A stretch of 32,000 nucleotides of DNA from Halogeometricum borinquense DSM 11551 (GTDB lineage: Archaea; Halobacteriota; Halobacteria; Halobacteriales; Haloferacaceae), in NCBI RefSeq assembly GCF_000172995.2, contig NC_014729.1:1260001-1292000 (forward strand), given 5' to 3'. The notes beneath the pieces are model-generated. The model did no database searches. It saw only the letters and a list, made by a program, of their open reading frames with translations, and was not told the origin of the DNA. The position numbers were made by a program, and so were the translations under genes. Below are positions 8,600-19,538 of the stretch, piece by piece (the first letter of the stretch is position 1; each line of letters opens with the position of its first letter).

Positions 8600-9211
8600 G
8601 TGGGGAGGGTCAATGAGGTGAGCGCACAACGCGTGTTTGCAGACAAAGAAGCAGAGAGCCTGTCGAAAGACGACATCTACTCGATGTTGAGCAACCGACG
8701 GCGGCGGTTGGTACTCAACTACCTGCGGGAGACCGCAGAGGAAGTGTCCGTTCGAGAGTTATCCAGAGAAGTCGCTGCAATGGAGAACGGAATCGAGCGG
8801 GAGGAGCTAACGTACAAGCAACGGAAACGCGTCTACACGTCGCTACATCAGACACATCTGCCGAAACTCGACGATGTGGGTGTTATCGTCTACGACCGAG
8901 ATAGAGGAAATATCTCGTTAACGCCGCTGGCGACCGAACTCGGCTCATTTCTCGATAGTACGACTGAACGTCACGTCAGTTCGTGGTCTGTGTACTACCT
9001 CGGTCTGTCGGGCCTGTCGATGCTCGTCGTCGCGCTGGCGTGGACTGGACTATTTCCATTTTCGCTCGTTCCCGATCTCGGCTATGCCGGCCTCATCGCC
9101 ATCGGATTCGCCGTCTCCGCAGCGCTCCACGTCTACACTGAGTACGTTGCCGTCGAAGGGGACGAATCCAGCCTCTCGACACTCTTAGCGGCCGTCGGTT
9201 GGTGGAACTGA
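8600..9211 (+). CDS. membrane-anchored winged-helix (HTH) protein, paralog A
   Basis: DIYSMLSNRRRRLVLNYL...VYTSLHQTHLPKLDDVGVIVYD followed by two hydrophobic helices. It is a clear paralog of 9729..10331. The start is a GTG and is uncertain (8600-8633). Confidence 0.6.
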   Translation: MGRVNEVSAQRVFADKEAESLSKDDIYSMLSNRRRRLVLNYLRETAEEVSVRELSREVAAMENGIEREELTYKQRKRVYTSLHQTHLPKLDDVGVIVYDRDRGNISLTPLATELGSFLDSTTERHVSSWSVYYLGLSGLSMLVVALAWTGLFPFSLVPDLGYAGLIAIGFAVSAALHVYTEYVAVEGDESSLSTLLAAVGWWN

Positions 9212-9283
9212 CAGGACTGAGAAGACTGACGGGGTTCTGAGCCGCGCCGACACGTTCAAGCCGTCGGCACACGGCGTGCGAAC

Positions 9284-9709
9284 ATGGTGTCTTCGACACG
9301 CGGAGTTCTCGCAGTTTCGACGCTCGTCGCCGTCGTCGCCACTGTCGGAAGTCTGTTCTTCAGTCTTAGCCTTGGTCTCGTTCCGTGCGAACTCTGCTGG
9401 TACCAACGCATCCTCATGTATCCGCTCGTCGTCGTCCTCGCTGTCGCCACGATTGAGGACCGGCCGGGAGTCTACCGGACGGCACTCCCGCTCTCTGTCG
9501 TCGGTATGGCCGTCTCAGCGTACCACGTCTACGTCCAAATCGCACCGTCCGCCGGAACGTGTACGCTCGGCGGCGGGTGTTCGGCTATCCAGTACCCGAT
9601 GCTCGGCGGCTTGTTGACGATTCCTCGACTGGCTCTTATCGCGTTCTTCCTCGTGACCGTCCTCGTCGCAGGCGTCTGCCTCGTCTCGCAGGACGATCCG
9701 TGGGACTAG
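9284..9709 (+). CDS. DsbB/BdbC-family disulfide bond formation (thiol-disulfide oxidoreductase) membrane protein
   Basis: 141 aa with four hydrophobic helices, PCELCWYQRILMYP (C-x-x-C plus WYQR signature) and a second Cys pair GTCTLGGGCS. Confidence 0.75.
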   Translation: MVSSTRGVLAVSTLVAVVATVGSLFFSLSLGLVPCELCWYQRILMYPLVVVLAVATIEDRPGVYRTALPLSVVGMAVSAYHVYVQIAPSAGTCTLGGGCSAIQYPMLGGLLTIPRLALIAFFLVTVLVAGVCLVSQDDPWD

Positions 9710-9728
9710 TCAGTTCCCCTCGACGCAG

Positions 9729-10331
9729 TCAGTCGCCATCGTCCGTGGCCGTCATCTCAGTCCCAGAGGCGTCGCTGCGGAGTCGGTGAAAGAGAGAACT
9801 CCGCTGATCAACCAGTTGATAGATCGCGGAGACAACGACGAGAAGCGAGAACGCACCGCCGACGAGCGCTCCGTCTAGTCGTGCTAACACCGGGACGCCG
9901 ATACCGGATCCGACGAGAGACAGCAGTCCGAGCAGTCCGAGACCGAGGTAGTACTCGGCCCACGAGAGCCCGTACTTCGGTACGACTTCCATGTAGACGG
10001 CAACTTCGTCGGCGGCGTCCGCAAGTGCGACAGTCTTGTCGTCGCTGTCGTACGTTACGATACCGAGTTCGTCGAGTTTCGGCAGATGCGTCTGGTGTAA
10101 CGAGACGTAGACGCTCTGACGAACGTTCCGCGGCGGCGGCGACTCGCCGGACTCGACGCTTCCGATGTGCTCGGCCAAGTCGGCGACCGCCTCTGCCCCC
10201 TCCGAAGAACGCAATCGTTCGAGAACGAGACGGCGTCTGTCGTTTCGAAGGACGTCGTGAATGTCCGATTGGTCAAGTCCACTCGCCCCGTCCCGGGTCG
10301 TTCCCACCGACCCGGCCCCTCCCCTAGACAT
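9729..10331 (-). CDS. membrane-anchored winged-helix (HTH) protein, paralog B
   Basis: DIHDVLRNDRRRLVLERL...VYVSLHQTHLPKLDELGIVTYD plus C-terminal hydrophobic helices. Convergent with the DsbB-like gene (19-nt gap). Confidence 0.6.
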   Translation of the reverse strand: MSRGGAGSVGTTRDGASGLDQSDIHDVLRNDRRRLVLERLRSSEGAEAVADLAEHIGSVESGESPPPRNVRQSVYVSLHQTHLPKLDELGIVTYDSDDKTVALADAADEVAVYMEVVPKYGLSWAEYYLGLGLLGLLSLVGSGIGVPVLARLDGALVGGAFSLLVVVSAIYQLVDQRSSLFHRLRSDASGTEMTATDDGD

Positions 10332-10388
10332 ACAGTCACAGTTTCGCGCGAAGCTACATCAATGTGTCTGTATTCAGAACTGTAATTG

Positions 10389-10394
10389 AAAAAA
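10389..10394 (-). terminator. oligo-T tract (T6 on the minus strand) just downstream of the spoVR stop
   Basis: The A6 run on the plus strand, 28 nt past the stop at 10422, equals TTTTTT on the transcribed strand. Archaeal terminators are typically oligo-T. Confidence 0.35.
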
Positions 10395-10421
10395 GAATTT
10401 AACGAGAAACAGGAGGTTGAG

Positions 10422-12428
10422 CTACGAGAGCCACTCCTCAGGCTTGGTATCGTAGTCCACGTCGGTCGCTCGGATGCGCTCCGTTATCTCCTCGTCTAAC
10501 TCGTACGTCTCGAACTCCTCGCCGTCGTACCGGATGCGCTTGCCTTGCTCGACCGGCGTCGGTTCGCGGTCACGGCGACGGGCAACCTCGACATCGTGTT
10601 CGTCGTACTCTTTGACGATGGTGGCGAGATTCACCGGGCGACCCCAGAGGTCGTACAGGCGTTCGAGAACGCCTCGCGCCTGCGCGATATCGAGCATGAT
10701 GCCGTTGTACTGGTGGCCGAGGAGCAACTCGCCGCGGTTATCGTAGTTGCCGTCGAAGACGACAATCGTGGGTTTCCCGAAGTTCGTAAACTGCAAGAGC
10801 AGTTTCTTTTTCACGTCCTCGTAGTCCACGGAGGCAACGCGGAACTCGCCCGTCGCTTGGGTGAACTCGTACGTGAAGTAGTGGTTGTTCTCGACGAACT
10901 CCTGCGTGAGGAACGCATCAAGGAACGTCACGTCGTTGTGGCTCTCTCGAATCTCCTGCATCCGGTCCCACCCGGACGCTCGGTCCACGTCAGCGATGGC
11001 TTCCTCGACGGTTTCGTACGCCTCGTTGTCGAACATGTACCGGGAGAGGCGTTCGAGTTCCGACCGACGGATGTGTCTGAGGAAGCCGCGGTTCTGCGGT
11101 TTCACAAGCGAGAAATGCCGTTCAGCCAGCCCCTCGTAGGTGAGTACCTTCCACGGATAGGCGTCTACGTCCACCTCGCCGTCATCCGATAACGCTCGGT
11201 CGAGCATCTCCCAATCGACACGTGGGTCGTCTCCCGGCAACGCCGCAAGTTCATCCAGCGTGTCGGACCGAACCCGGTCTATCGCCGGATGCGGTTCGAG
11301 GAGTTGCTGCACCTCGTCGAAGTCGATCACGTCGTGGAAGTTGCGCCAAGTCACACCGCGGACGCGGAGGAGTTTGTCCGCGACTTCGCGGCGGTTCGTC
11401 GTGTTCTCGATATACTCCCACAGTTCCTTGCCGAGTTTGTACGGGTTCAGTCCGGGCGACCCGAGGACGCGCGACTGATGGTCGGCGTAGGTGAGGAACT
11501 CATCGGTGCCAGCGAACCGCTCTTCGCCCATCATGAGCGATTCCCAGTAGGCGGCCCACCCCTCGTTCATCACCTTCGTCATCTTCTGGGGGGCGAAGTA
11601 GTACGACTCCGTTCGGAGGATGTCGAGTACGTCCTTCTGCCAGGACTCCATCTCGACGGCTTTGCCCTCCTCCTCGTCGTAGTACATGCCGTGTTCGCGG
11701 ACGAACGCCAACACGTCGCGGCGGGGGTCGTCCAGTTTCGCCGCCTCGGCTTCGGCCTCCGCGAGTTCGTCGAGCCACTCCTCGTCGAACACCTGCTTGC
11801 GAACGTCTTGGGAGATGTCCATCTCGTCCAGACGCTTGCGGAGATCTTCGGGTTGGACGCGTTCGCGTCCGGTCGCCGCATCGGTGATCGTGCGGTGTTG
11901 GTCGATATTGTCCTCTAAGCAGAGGACGGCGTCGATGAACCGCTCGACATCCTCGCGGTCGATGTCCGGGTCATCCATGTACTTCTGGATGGTTTCCCCG
12001 TGCTGTTCGAGCATCGCCGCGGCGTCTAAGTCCGAGTCGCCGGCGAACATGCCGAACCACTCGTTGTTACTGAAGAAGTCCGCGTGCGCCTCGACGTGAG
12101 TGATGACCGCTTTCTGGTCGGCCAGCGAGTTCGACTCCTGCAAGAACGCGTGTGAAGGATTGTCGTTGTTGACAATCTCGAACGCCTTACCCATGCCGAA
12201 CTGGTCTTTTTTCTGCTGGCGGTCGTACGTCATTCCCCATCGCCAGTGCGGGTAGCGTCGCTGGAACCCACCGTAAGCGATGAGTTGGTTCATCTCGTCG
12301 TAGTTGACCACCCAGTAGTTCACCGGGTACGGTTTGAGGCCGAGTTTACGGGCGAGGTTGCCCGCCTCACGGACCGATTCCTCCAACTCCCCGGCGACTT
12401 TCTGTGCGGTGTGTCTGAATCGTCTCAT
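10422..12428 (-). CDS. spoVR: SpoVR/YcgB family protein
   Basis: 668 aa from the ATG at 12428 ([17 protein letters not shown]...). That ATG overlaps the stop of the upstream gene (ATGA). It is the last gene of the prkA-yeaH-spoVR-type module. The 92-aa Arg-rich extension in the track was rejected. Confidence 0.85.
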   Translation of the reverse strand: MRRFRHTAQKVAGELEESVREAGNLARKLGLKPYPVNYWVVNYDEMNQLIAYGGFQRRYPHWRWGMTYDRQQKKDQFGMGKAFEIVNNDNPSHAFLQESNSLADQKAVITHVEAHADFFSNNEWFGMFAGDSDLDAAAMLEQHGETIQKYMDDPDIDREDVERFIDAVLCLEDNIDQHRTITDAATGRERVQPEDLRKRLDEMDISQDVRKQVFDEEWLDELAEAEAEAAKLDDPRRDVLAFVREHGMYYDEEEGKAVEMESWQKDVLDILRTESYYFAPQKMTKVMNEGWAAYWESLMMGEERFAGTDEFLTYADHQSRVLGSPGLNPYKLGKELWEYIENTTNRREVADKLLRVRGVTWRNFHDVIDFDEVQQLLEPHPAIDRVRSDTLDELAALPGDDPRVDWEMLDRALSDDGEVDVDAYPWKVLTYEGLAERHFSLVKPQNRGFLRHIRRSELERLSRYMFDNEAYETVEEAIADVDRASGWDRMQEIRESHNDVTFLDAFLTQEFVENNHYFTYEFTQATGEFRVASVDYEDVKKKLLLQFTNFGKPTIVVFDGNYDNRGELLLGHQYNGIMLDIAQARGVLERLYDLWGRPVNLATIVKEYDEHDVEVARRRDREPTPVEQGKRIRYDGEEFETYELDEEITERIRATDVDYDTKPEEWLS

Positions 12429-13750
12429 TCTCCATCCTCCGTGCTGAGTATGTCGTAGATGGCGTCTACCACGTCTTCCGGCGAGGAGACGTACGCGACG
12501 ACGACGTTCCCTTGTTCTTCGAGGGAGCGCTCGACTTCCTCTGCGTGTGTTGCGTTGATTGCGGTGCCGCCCGGTTGGGTCTCCACGTAGGCGTGGAGGT
12601 TCGCCGGAATCTCTTTCATCAGGGGGACGACGTTCTCTGTCGTGTCGTTCGATGAGTTCTCCGAGTCGCCCGCGGCGAACACGTAGCGGTTCCACTCGGA
12701 CCACGGGTACTCCTCTTCAAGAATCTCCTTGGCCAGTTCGTACGCCGAGGAGATACGGGTCCCGCCACCTGAACGAATGCCGAAGAACTCGTCGCGTTCG
12801 ACCTGCCACGCCTCGGCGTCGTGCGCGATGTAGACGAACTCGGCGTTGTCGTATTTACCAGTCAAATACCAATCCAGTGGCGTAAACGTCCGCTCGACCA
12901 GCTCGCGCTTCTTCTCGCGCATCGACCCCGACACGTCGCGGATGTTCACCACGACGACGTTCTTCTCTTTCTCCTCGATGATCTCGGGATGGCGGTAGCG
13001 TTCGTCTTCACGCCGGAACGGGATGTCACGCAGGCCTTCGCGGCGAATGCGCTGGAGCGTCGTCGTCCGCTCGACGTTTTCCTCCATCTCCTCGTATGAG
13101 GACCACGTATCTCGTTCGTCGTCGGGAATTCGCTTCCACTCGTCTTCGATCCACGCCAACGAGACGAGGATGTGCTGGTCGCGGCACCACTGGTAGACCG
13201 ACTGCGGATCTTCGCCCTCGACTTTCATCGCCTCGCGGACGAAGTCGTCGTCGAAGTCCATCGCCAGTTTTCGCTTGAGTCCCTCTTTGAACAGGCGTTC
13301 GAAGTCGAGAGTGCTGTGCGGCCCGGTCCGCGTTACGTCGGTGAAGTCACCCTCGATCTCCTCGATTACTTCCTTGCCTTTCGGTTCGAGGTCCAGACCG
13401 AGTTCCTCGTCGAGTTCCTGTGCGAACTCTTCGGGGTCCATCTCGTAGTACTCGTGGTCTGCGCCCTCCTCACCGGGTTCGCCGTCTTCATCGCCATCGC
13501 CGTCGCCATCTCCGGGTTGCGGTTGGCCGACGGGTTGCCCCACGTCCGGCGTTCCGTCCTTTCCCTGTCCGACACCGCCCTGATCGAGTTGGTCGTACTG
13601 GAACTCCGGCAAGTCCACGACCTTGATTGGGATCTTGATGCTGTCGGGACCGGAGCCGCCGAGATTACCGTAGCTGATGAACTCTTTGAGGTCCTCGCGC
13701 CGCTCTTCGCCGATTTCGCGGAACCGCTCGACGTCCTCTCTCAGTCCCAT
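12425..13750 (-). CDS. YeaH/DUF444 family protein with vWA-like domain
   Basis: 441 aa from the ATG at 13750 ([18 protein letters not shown]...). Has an acidic [17 protein letters not shown] linker and [13 protein letters not shown] (MIDAS-like D-x-S-G-S). It overlaps the upstream stop by 10 nt. Confidence 0.85.
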   Translation of the reverse strand: MGLREDVERFREIGEERREDLKEFISYGNLGGSGPDSIKIPIKVVDLPEFQYDQLDQGGVGQGKDGTPDVGQPVGQPQPGDGDGDGDEDGEPGEEGADHEYYEMDPEEFAQELDEELGLDLEPKGKEVIEEIEGDFTDVTRTGPHSTLDFERLFKEGLKRKLAMDFDDDFVREAMKVEGEDPQSVYQWCRDQHILVSLAWIEDEWKRIPDDERDTWSSYEEMEENVERTTTLQRIRREGLRDIPFRREDERYRHPEIIEEKEKNVVVVNIRDVSGSMREKKRELVERTFTPLDWYLTGKYDNAEFVYIAHDAEAWQVERDEFFGIRSGGGTRISSAYELAKEILEEEYPWSEWNRYVFAAGDSENSSNDTTENVVPLMKEIPANLHAYVETQPGGTAINATHAEEVERSLEEQGNVVVAYVSSPEDVVDAIYDILSTEDGE

Positions 13751-16020
13751 TCGTGACGCACCTCGTTCATCACCGCGCGACTCGTGAGTTCGGCCGATGC
13801 GGGGGTGTATCCGTTCTTCACCATGTGGTCGATCGTTCGTTCTTTCACTCGCTCTGTCTCCGTGTTCGCCGGTGGGTCGTCCCACTGGTCTGGGTCGAAG
13901 TCCTCGAATAAGCGGCTGACATCGTCCCACTCGTGCGTCTCTAACACCGTTCTGATGACGGGTATCTCCGAGAGTTCCACGTCTTCGACGGTGAACCCCT
14001 CGTCACGGTTCTCCCACGCGTAGCGGTTCAGCGCGGTGATGACCTTCTCGCGGCGGAACTCTTTGACGTCTGCAGAGGGTTCGTTACCCGTGTAATCGCT
14101 CTCTGCGAACCGACCGAGGTGTTCCGTCTCGAACAGTTTCATCAGGAGTGCGTCTGGTTCGACCGGACCGTGTTCAGTCTCTATCTGTCCGTCTGATTCC
14201 CACGCGTACACGTGTTCGACGTACTCCGCGACCGTCTCCTGTTCGACGTGTTTGTCTGCAAGGACGGCCGCGAGGACATCCGCTTCCTGCTGGTCGAAGA
14301 TGTATTCTTTCACGACAGTAACCCGGCTCTCGTACTCGGAGCGTTCGGCGCGCGAGAACACCGGGGCGTCGTGAAGCCCCTCAGCCATCGAATCCAGCAA
14401 GTCGTCGGGCATGACGACGGTACCGACCTCCAGCGAGGGGTGGTGTCTATCGCGGTCTTCATGCAGCAGGTCCGCGATGATATCCCGAGTGAACGTGACC
14501 GGAACTCCGTGTGTTCCCTCGTTGTCGCTGTCGAAGCCGAACTCGTCTATCTCCTCGCGCGTGTCGCCGACTTGGAGGTAGCCACGGTCGAACAGCAGCG
14601 CCTTGTCCACCAGACTGTAGCCGTCGGGCACGTCGTCGCCGTCGAGCCGGGAGACGACGGAGTACATCGCCGCCGCTTCGATAGCGTGCGGGGCGAGTTC
14701 GCGTCGCTTGACCGCACCCGGGCCGCTCCGAACGTCCACGAACAGGCTCTCGTTAATTCTCTCTTCGAGTTCCTCTCTGTCCTCGACATCCCACACGTCG
14801 GTCTCGTTCGTCAGTTCGCGCCGGATGAGTTCGGTCTCCAACGAGACGTTCGTCAGGTAGCGGAACTCGTGTTTGTCGAGACGGCGTTTCAACGCCTTCA
14901 GCGGGTCGCGCCCGTTGCGGTCGGAGTACTTGTCGAGTTCGGCGTCCAAGTCGGGATTCGAGATGATGAGCAGTTGCGTGTCGATGTCCATCCCGATCCC
15001 TTTGTCCAGTTTGACGTGTCCCTCATCGGGAACGTTCAGGAGTCGCTGCAACAGGTCGGCGTGTTGCGTCGCATCCTCGACAATCGTCAAGAGACCGTTC
15101 CCCTGCGAGAGAACGCCGTCGTAACTGAACGCCTGCGGATTTTTCCGCCCGCGAGAATCGAGTTCGCGGAGCATACTCGGCATCCACGACCCGACCAGTC
15201 GTTCTTTCGGTGACCCGTCGTCCTCGGAGTGGAGAACGCCGATCCCCTGTCCCACGTCCACGACGTAGTTTTTCACCCGTAGATGCTTGGGGTCGGACAC
15301 GGCGGTAAACAGGTTGCGCTTACCCGTACGACGGTATTTCTCTTCGAGGTAGTCGTACGCCTCTCGGCAGAACGGGTCCAGTTCTTCGTCAAGTGAGACG
15401 GGAATGTGACCGTCCTCGTTCTCGTTTAACTCCGCAAGGAGGCTCCGTCTGACCTCCGCTGGGAACACAGAAAGCGGATGCGACTGAACGGGACTTTCGT
15501 ACCAGTCGGACTCGTGTTCGGCACCGCTCACTTCGCCGCCGTACGACAGACCGCGGCTGTCGTCAACGTTGGTGACGTTCCACTCGACGGTGTACCGTCG
15601 CCCCTCAAGCGTCTTCGAGTATTCGCGGAGGCCGTTGATAAGACACCGTTTCAGTTCGGACTTCCCCGTCGCCGTGGGTCCATCGAACCAGATTATCTTC
15701 TCACCTTTCCCGCGTTTGGCGGCGATGGTCCGTAGGTCATCGACGAACCGATTCAAGACCTCAGTGTTACCGAGGACGGCGTGTTCGCCGTCGTTGGCCG
15801 GGTCGTCGAAGAAGCGATACCGCTCTTTCTCCTCGCCTTCCTCGATGACCGTTCGCGTACCCGCCGCCTCGATCGCTTGCAGGAGGTACTTCGAGGCGTG
15901 GGAGGCAATCGAGGGCGACTCGAATGCGGCATCGACGTACTCTGCGAGGCTCATCGGCTCCTCGTAGGTGCCTCGGAGTTGTTCGTCAGCCTCGCGGATG
16001 TAATCTCTCGTTGGCGTCAT
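13741..16020 (-). CDS. PrkA-family AAA ATPase/protein kinase-like protein, second paralog
   Basis: 759 aa from the ATG at 16020 ([15 protein letters not shown]...). Walker A is [17 protein letters not shown]. The ATG lies 1 nt after the stop of prkA (TAG at 16022-16024). Confidence 0.8.
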   Translation of the reverse strand: MTPTRDYIREADEQLRGTYEEPMSLAEYVDAAFESPSIASHASKYLLQAIEAAGTRTVIEEGEEKERYRFFDDPANDGEHAVLGNTEVLNRFVDDLRTIAAKRGKGEKIIWFDGPTATGKSELKRCLINGLREYSKTLEGRRYTVEWNVTNVDDSRGLSYGGEVSGAEHESDWYESPVQSHPLSVFPAEVRRSLLAELNENEDGHIPVSLDEELDPFCREAYDYLEEKYRRTGKRNLFTAVSDPKHLRVKNYVVDVGQGIGVLHSEDDGSPKERLVGSWMPSMLRELDSRGRKNPQAFSYDGVLSQGNGLLTIVEDATQHADLLQRLLNVPDEGHVKLDKGIGMDIDTQLLIISNPDLDAELDKYSDRNGRDPLKALKRRLDKHEFRYLTNVSLETELIRRELTNETDVWDVEDREELEERINESLFVDVRSGPGAVKRRELAPHAIEAAAMYSVVSRLDGDDVPDGYSLVDKALLFDRGYLQVGDTREEIDEFGFDSDNEGTHGVPVTFTRDIIADLLHEDRDRHHPSLEVGTVVMPDDLLDSMAEGLHDAPVFSRAERSEYESRVTVVKEYIFDQQEADVLAAVLADKHVEQETVAEYVEHVYAWESDGQIETEHGPVEPDALLMKLFETEHLGRFAESDYTGNEPSADVKEFRREKVITALNRYAWENRDEGFTVEDVELSEIPVIRTVLETHEWDDVSRLFEDFDPDQWDDPPANTETERVKERTIDHMVKNGYTPASAELTSRAVMNEVRHEWD

Positions 16021-16021
16021 A

Positions 16022-18094
16022 CTAGCCTTCCAGTTCGCTCTTTGCCACCTCCGCACCGGCGAACTCTAACACCTCTCTGGCACCTTCGCGCGAGTAGCCC
16101 TGTTCGACGAGAGCGTCTACCCACGCGTTTCGCTCGTCATCGTCCAGTTCGTTGGCGCTGACGAGTGCCGAGAAGTTGATATTGTGTTTTTTGTCCTCCC
16201 AGAGTTTGCGCTCCAGTGCGCGGCGGAGTCTGTCGTTGTCCTGCGGGTCGAACGCCTGTCCTTCGCGGGCGCGCCGTGAGACCCAGTTGGAAACCTCCTG
16301 TCGGAAGTCGTCCTTGCGGTCCTCGGGGATGTCGAGTTTCTCCTCGACCGACCGCAGGAACTTCTCGTCGGGATCCTGTTCGCGGCCCGTGAGTTCGTCC
16401 TGCACGGTGGCGTCGTCGATGTACGCCATCACGTGGTCCATGTACTTTTCACCCTGTCGCTGAATCTCGTCTAAGTCGTACGCGAGGGCGTGGCGAACGT
16501 CCTCGATGGCGCGTTCTTTGTACTCCTCACGGACCATTTCGAGATAGCGGTGGTAGCGTTCGAGGTTGTCCTCGGGGATGGAGCCGTGGTTCTCCAAGTT
16601 CTCCTCGAAGTGCGTGAACACCGACAGCGGCGAAAGGTAGTTGCGGTCGCGGTGCGTCGAATCCATGATGGCCTCGGCGATTTCGTCGCCGATGAAGCGC
16701 GCGGAGACGCCCTCCATCCCTTCGCCGATGTTCATCTTCGATTCGGCCTCTTCGCGGAGTTTCTTCACGTCGGTGTCGTCGCCCTCGTCAATCTCGCCGT
16801 TGTACGCCTTCGCCTTCTGCGTCAGCGTGATGTTCCCGCCGTCGGGTTCGACGATGCGGGTGAGGACACCGAACAACCCGGCCATCTCCAAGGTGTGCGG
16901 TTCGATGTGCATGTCCGGCACGTCGGCGTTCCGGAGCATCTTCCGGTAGATTTCGGACTCCTCAGAGTACTCAAGGACGTACGGGAAGTCGATCCGTTTC
17001 GTCCGGTCGTTGAACGCCTCCATCTTCTCGTCGCCCTTTTTGTCCCGGTACTCGGGCATGTTCGTCCGGCCGACGATGACCTGGTCGATGTCGATTCGCG
17101 GGTTGTTCTTCGGTTTGATCGTCTGTTCCTGACTCGCGTGTAGGAAGTCGTACAGGAACTCCCGCTGGAGTTTCAGCAACTCCTCGCCGGAGAACAGCCC
17201 CCGGTTGGCGTTACAGAACGCACCGGAATAATCGAACGCACGCGGGTCTGACTCCCCGTAGACGGCCAGTTTCGAGTAGTTGACGTCGCCCGTCAACTCG
17301 GTCTCGTCTTGGTTCTTCTTGTCTTTCGGCTCGAACGTCTCGATGCACTGGCGCTTGTTTTCGGAGGCGACGAGTCGGACGATCTCGATGTGGTTCGAGA
17401 CGACCTCTTGTAAGTCGTCGTCGTAGTACGCCAGCAGTTGGTCCATGTAGAACTCCGAGGCGGGATCTAACGCCTGGTCGTTCCGGATGGTGTACGGTGC
17501 GTCCAGCGCCTCGTTCAGGCGCTCGATGACCATATCCCGTTGTTCCTGCGGGAGGAGGACAATAGGGTCTTGATGCATCGGCGACGGAACCACGTCGTCT
17601 GCGGGGTCTTGGTCCCGGATCACGTCCGTGAGGTTGGTCCACCGGAACGTGTACATTCGACCCTCATCACGCAGCGTGTAGTCCTCGAAGTAGCGTCGGA
17701 CCATCCAGTCGAAGTGTGACTTCCCTGACCCGACGGGGCCGAGAAGCAGTTTGATGCGCTTTTCGGGACCGAGACCGCGAGCTCCCGACTTCACCTTGTT
17801 GACGAATTCGTGGATTGACTCGTGGACTTCGCGGCCATAGAAGGTGTTTTCCCCGTCGTGGATGGGGTCCTCAGAGGCCATGAGGTACTCGACAATTCCG
17901 GCTTCCTCGTCGTACTCGGTGCCGTAGTAGTCGAACATGTCAGCAACGCGCTGATGGGCGTTGCGAGCGATTCTCGGGTCGTTGTAGACCTCGTCTAGGT
18001 ACCACTCGAAACTCTTTGCCTCACGGAGGTCCGCGGGTACGGAATCCTTGTAGTGCTTGCTCAGATCTTCGAGGGTGTCGATGTCACCATTCAT
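16022..18094 (-). CDS. prkA: PrkA family serine protein kinase (YeaG-like)
   Basis: 690 aa from the ATG at 18094 (MNGDIDTLEDLSKHYKD...). Walker A is LLLGPVGSGKSHF, and length and layout are typical of PrkA/YeaG. The upstream TTG extension to 18223 was rejected. Confidence 0.9.
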   Translation of the reverse strand: MNGDIDTLEDLSKHYKDSVPADLREAKSFEWYLDEVYNDPRIARNAHQRVADMFDYYGTEYDEEAGIVEYLMASEDPIHDGENTFYGREVHESIHEFVNKVKSGARGLGPEKRIKLLLGPVGSGKSHFDWMVRRYFEDYTLRDEGRMYTFRWTNLTDVIRDQDPADDVVPSPMHQDPIVLLPQEQRDMVIERLNEALDAPYTIRNDQALDPASEFYMDQLLAYYDDDLQEVVSNHIEIVRLVASENKRQCIETFEPKDKKNQDETELTGDVNYSKLAVYGESDPRAFDYSGAFCNANRGLFSGEELLKLQREFLYDFLHASQEQTIKPKNNPRIDIDQVIVGRTNMPEYRDKKGDEKMEAFNDRTKRIDFPYVLEYSEESEIYRKMLRNADVPDMHIEPHTLEMAGLFGVLTRIVEPDGGNITLTQKAKAYNGEIDEGDDTDVKKLREEAESKMNIGEGMEGVSARFIGDEIAEAIMDSTHRDRNYLSPLSVFTHFEENLENHGSIPEDNLERYHRYLEMVREEYKERAIEDVRHALAYDLDEIQRQGEKYMDHVMAYIDDATVQDELTGREQDPDEKFLRSVEEKLDIPEDRKDDFRQEVSNWVSRRAREGQAFDPQDNDRLRRALERKLWEDKKHNINFSALVSANELDDDERNAWVDALVEQGYSREGAREVLEFAGAEVAKSELEG

Positions 18095-18613
18095 TGTTCG
18101 TTGACGGATGTCGATAGAGCGGCCACATGCCTCCCGAAGTGCCTCGAAATACTGGGAGGCAGAGGCGGTCTTGGTCCGTGTGGACGGTGGGTGGCCGCTC
18201 GTATCGGGCCGCCCGGTGCGCAACAGGTCCAGACGACCGACGGCGGCAGGTCAACGGTGAGCGACGAATCATCAGTGTTCGGCGGACGATGCGCGGAAGG
18301 CGGGTGCTCGGTCCGGTCAACCGAGGCTATTAATGTGTGAGAGACACACGCATATAAGTCTTCCTCGAAATTTGATGTGAGATCGACGTACGGAGGCGAC
18401 ATCAGAAAATCTGCCGTTAAATAGGTAATACAGTGCTTGTTGATAGGTTTTTGCATTGGTATTTGTTGCCAATAAACATATCTCTGTTTTGAATGGTATT
18501 CGATATAATATGACAGTTTCGTACCCAGTACGACGGCCTTACGACGCGTTCGATAGCTTCCGGCAACACAGGAGACCGAAGGAGATTCGACTGTCGCCGC
18601 ACAACCGACTCCT

Positions 18614-19024
18614 ATGACGGATGAGACGGCGGACTCGCCAACGACGGCGGAACCGCCCGGCGGGTGGACACTGTGGAATGACGAACCGAGCGGGCGACGC
18701 ATCCTCGCGTACCGCCCGGATGTGTTCAACGAGAGCGACTTTCCGGCCGAGTGCATGCCGACAATCTTCGTCTGGAATGGCTCGCGTGCGAACCGCCCCG
18801 GCGCGTCGCGGATTCGGACAGAGACGTGGCGTGCTATTCTCCGGCTGGAACCGGACGTAGAGTGCGTCATCGAAGAGTACGACTCGCGCGAGGCGGCCGT
18901 CGATGGTGCGAACGAACTCGCACGACGGTTCGCTGATGGCGAAATCGCCTACCGGGAGTGCTATCAGGTGCCGCCGGAGGCGTATCTGGACCGACTGGAC
19001 GAACTGACCGGCCGTGACGAGTAA
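18614..19024 (+). CDS. conserved-looking acidic hypothetical protein
   Basis: 136-aa ORF with an ATG start and strongly acidic composition, 33 nt upstream of the UPF0179 gene on the same strand. Confidence 0.55.
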   Translation: MTDETADSPTTAEPPGGWTLWNDEPSGRRILAYRPDVFNESDFPAECMPTIFVWNGSRANRPGASRIRTETWRAILRLEPDVECVIEEYDSREAAVDGANELARRFADGEIAYRECYQVPPEAYLDRLDELTGRDE

Positions 19025-19057
19025 CGTTATCCGACCGGAACGATTACGATTCAAACT

Positions 19058-19507
19058 ATGACGAAGGTCACGCTCATCGGCGACCGTCTCGCGGAACCCG
19101 GGACGCAATTCGTCTATCGTGGCCCCTCATCCGCCTGCGAGGGGTGCCCGTATCGGAAGCAGTGTCTCAACCTCGAGGTGGGCGTCCGCTACGAGGTGAC
19201 CGGTATCCGCGAGAACGCACAGTTACTCGACTGCGCCGTCCACGACACCGGGGTTCGCGCGGTCGAAGTCGAACCTGCACCCGTCGTCGCCAACGTCCCC
19301 TCCAAAGGCGCATACGCGGGTAGCAAAGCGAGCCTCGCCGGCCCGTGTCCGCACACGCAGTGTCCAAGTCACGAGTACTGCGTCCCAGAGGGTGCTGATT
19401 TCGATGAAGAGTACCGCATCGCCGAAGTGCGCGGCGACCCGCCGCACGACTTCTGTTATCTGGATCGAGATCTAACGCTCGTCGAGTTTGCGGCCGAAAG
19501 CGACTGA
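19058..19507 (+). CDS. UPF0179-family Cys-rich archaeal protein
   Basis: 149 aa. MTKVTLIGDRLAEPGTQFVYRGPSSACEGCPYRKQCLNLEVGVRYEV plus a second Cys cluster (CPHTQCPSHEYC) match my recollection of the UPF0179 layout. Confidence 0.6.
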   Translation: MTKVTLIGDRLAEPGTQFVYRGPSSACEGCPYRKQCLNLEVGVRYEVTGIRENAQLLDCAVHDTGVRAVEVEPAPVVANVPSKGAYAGSKASLAGPCPHTQCPSHEYCVPEGADFDEEYRIAEVRGDPPHDFCYLDRDLTLVEFAAESD

Positions 19508-19538
19508 TTTTCCCGTGTCGATTCGCCTCGTTTCACAG

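Noticed and set aside
12429-12704. Arg-rich N-terminal extensions of the track ORFs in the prk operon (also 13751-13930, 16021-16056 and 18095-18223)
   Set aside because: The extensions are strongly basic, overlap the 3' end of the preceding gene and start at alternative codons. Internal ATGs give N-termini typical of each family with classic coupled start/stop junctions.
14212-15213. 333-aa plus-strand ORF inside the prkA2 gene, with similar ORFs at 10545-11192, 11289-11918, 13172-13756 and 16490-17143
   Set aside because: These are antisense shadows of strongly supported minus-strand genes, with Val/Arg/Leu-rich low-complexity translations.
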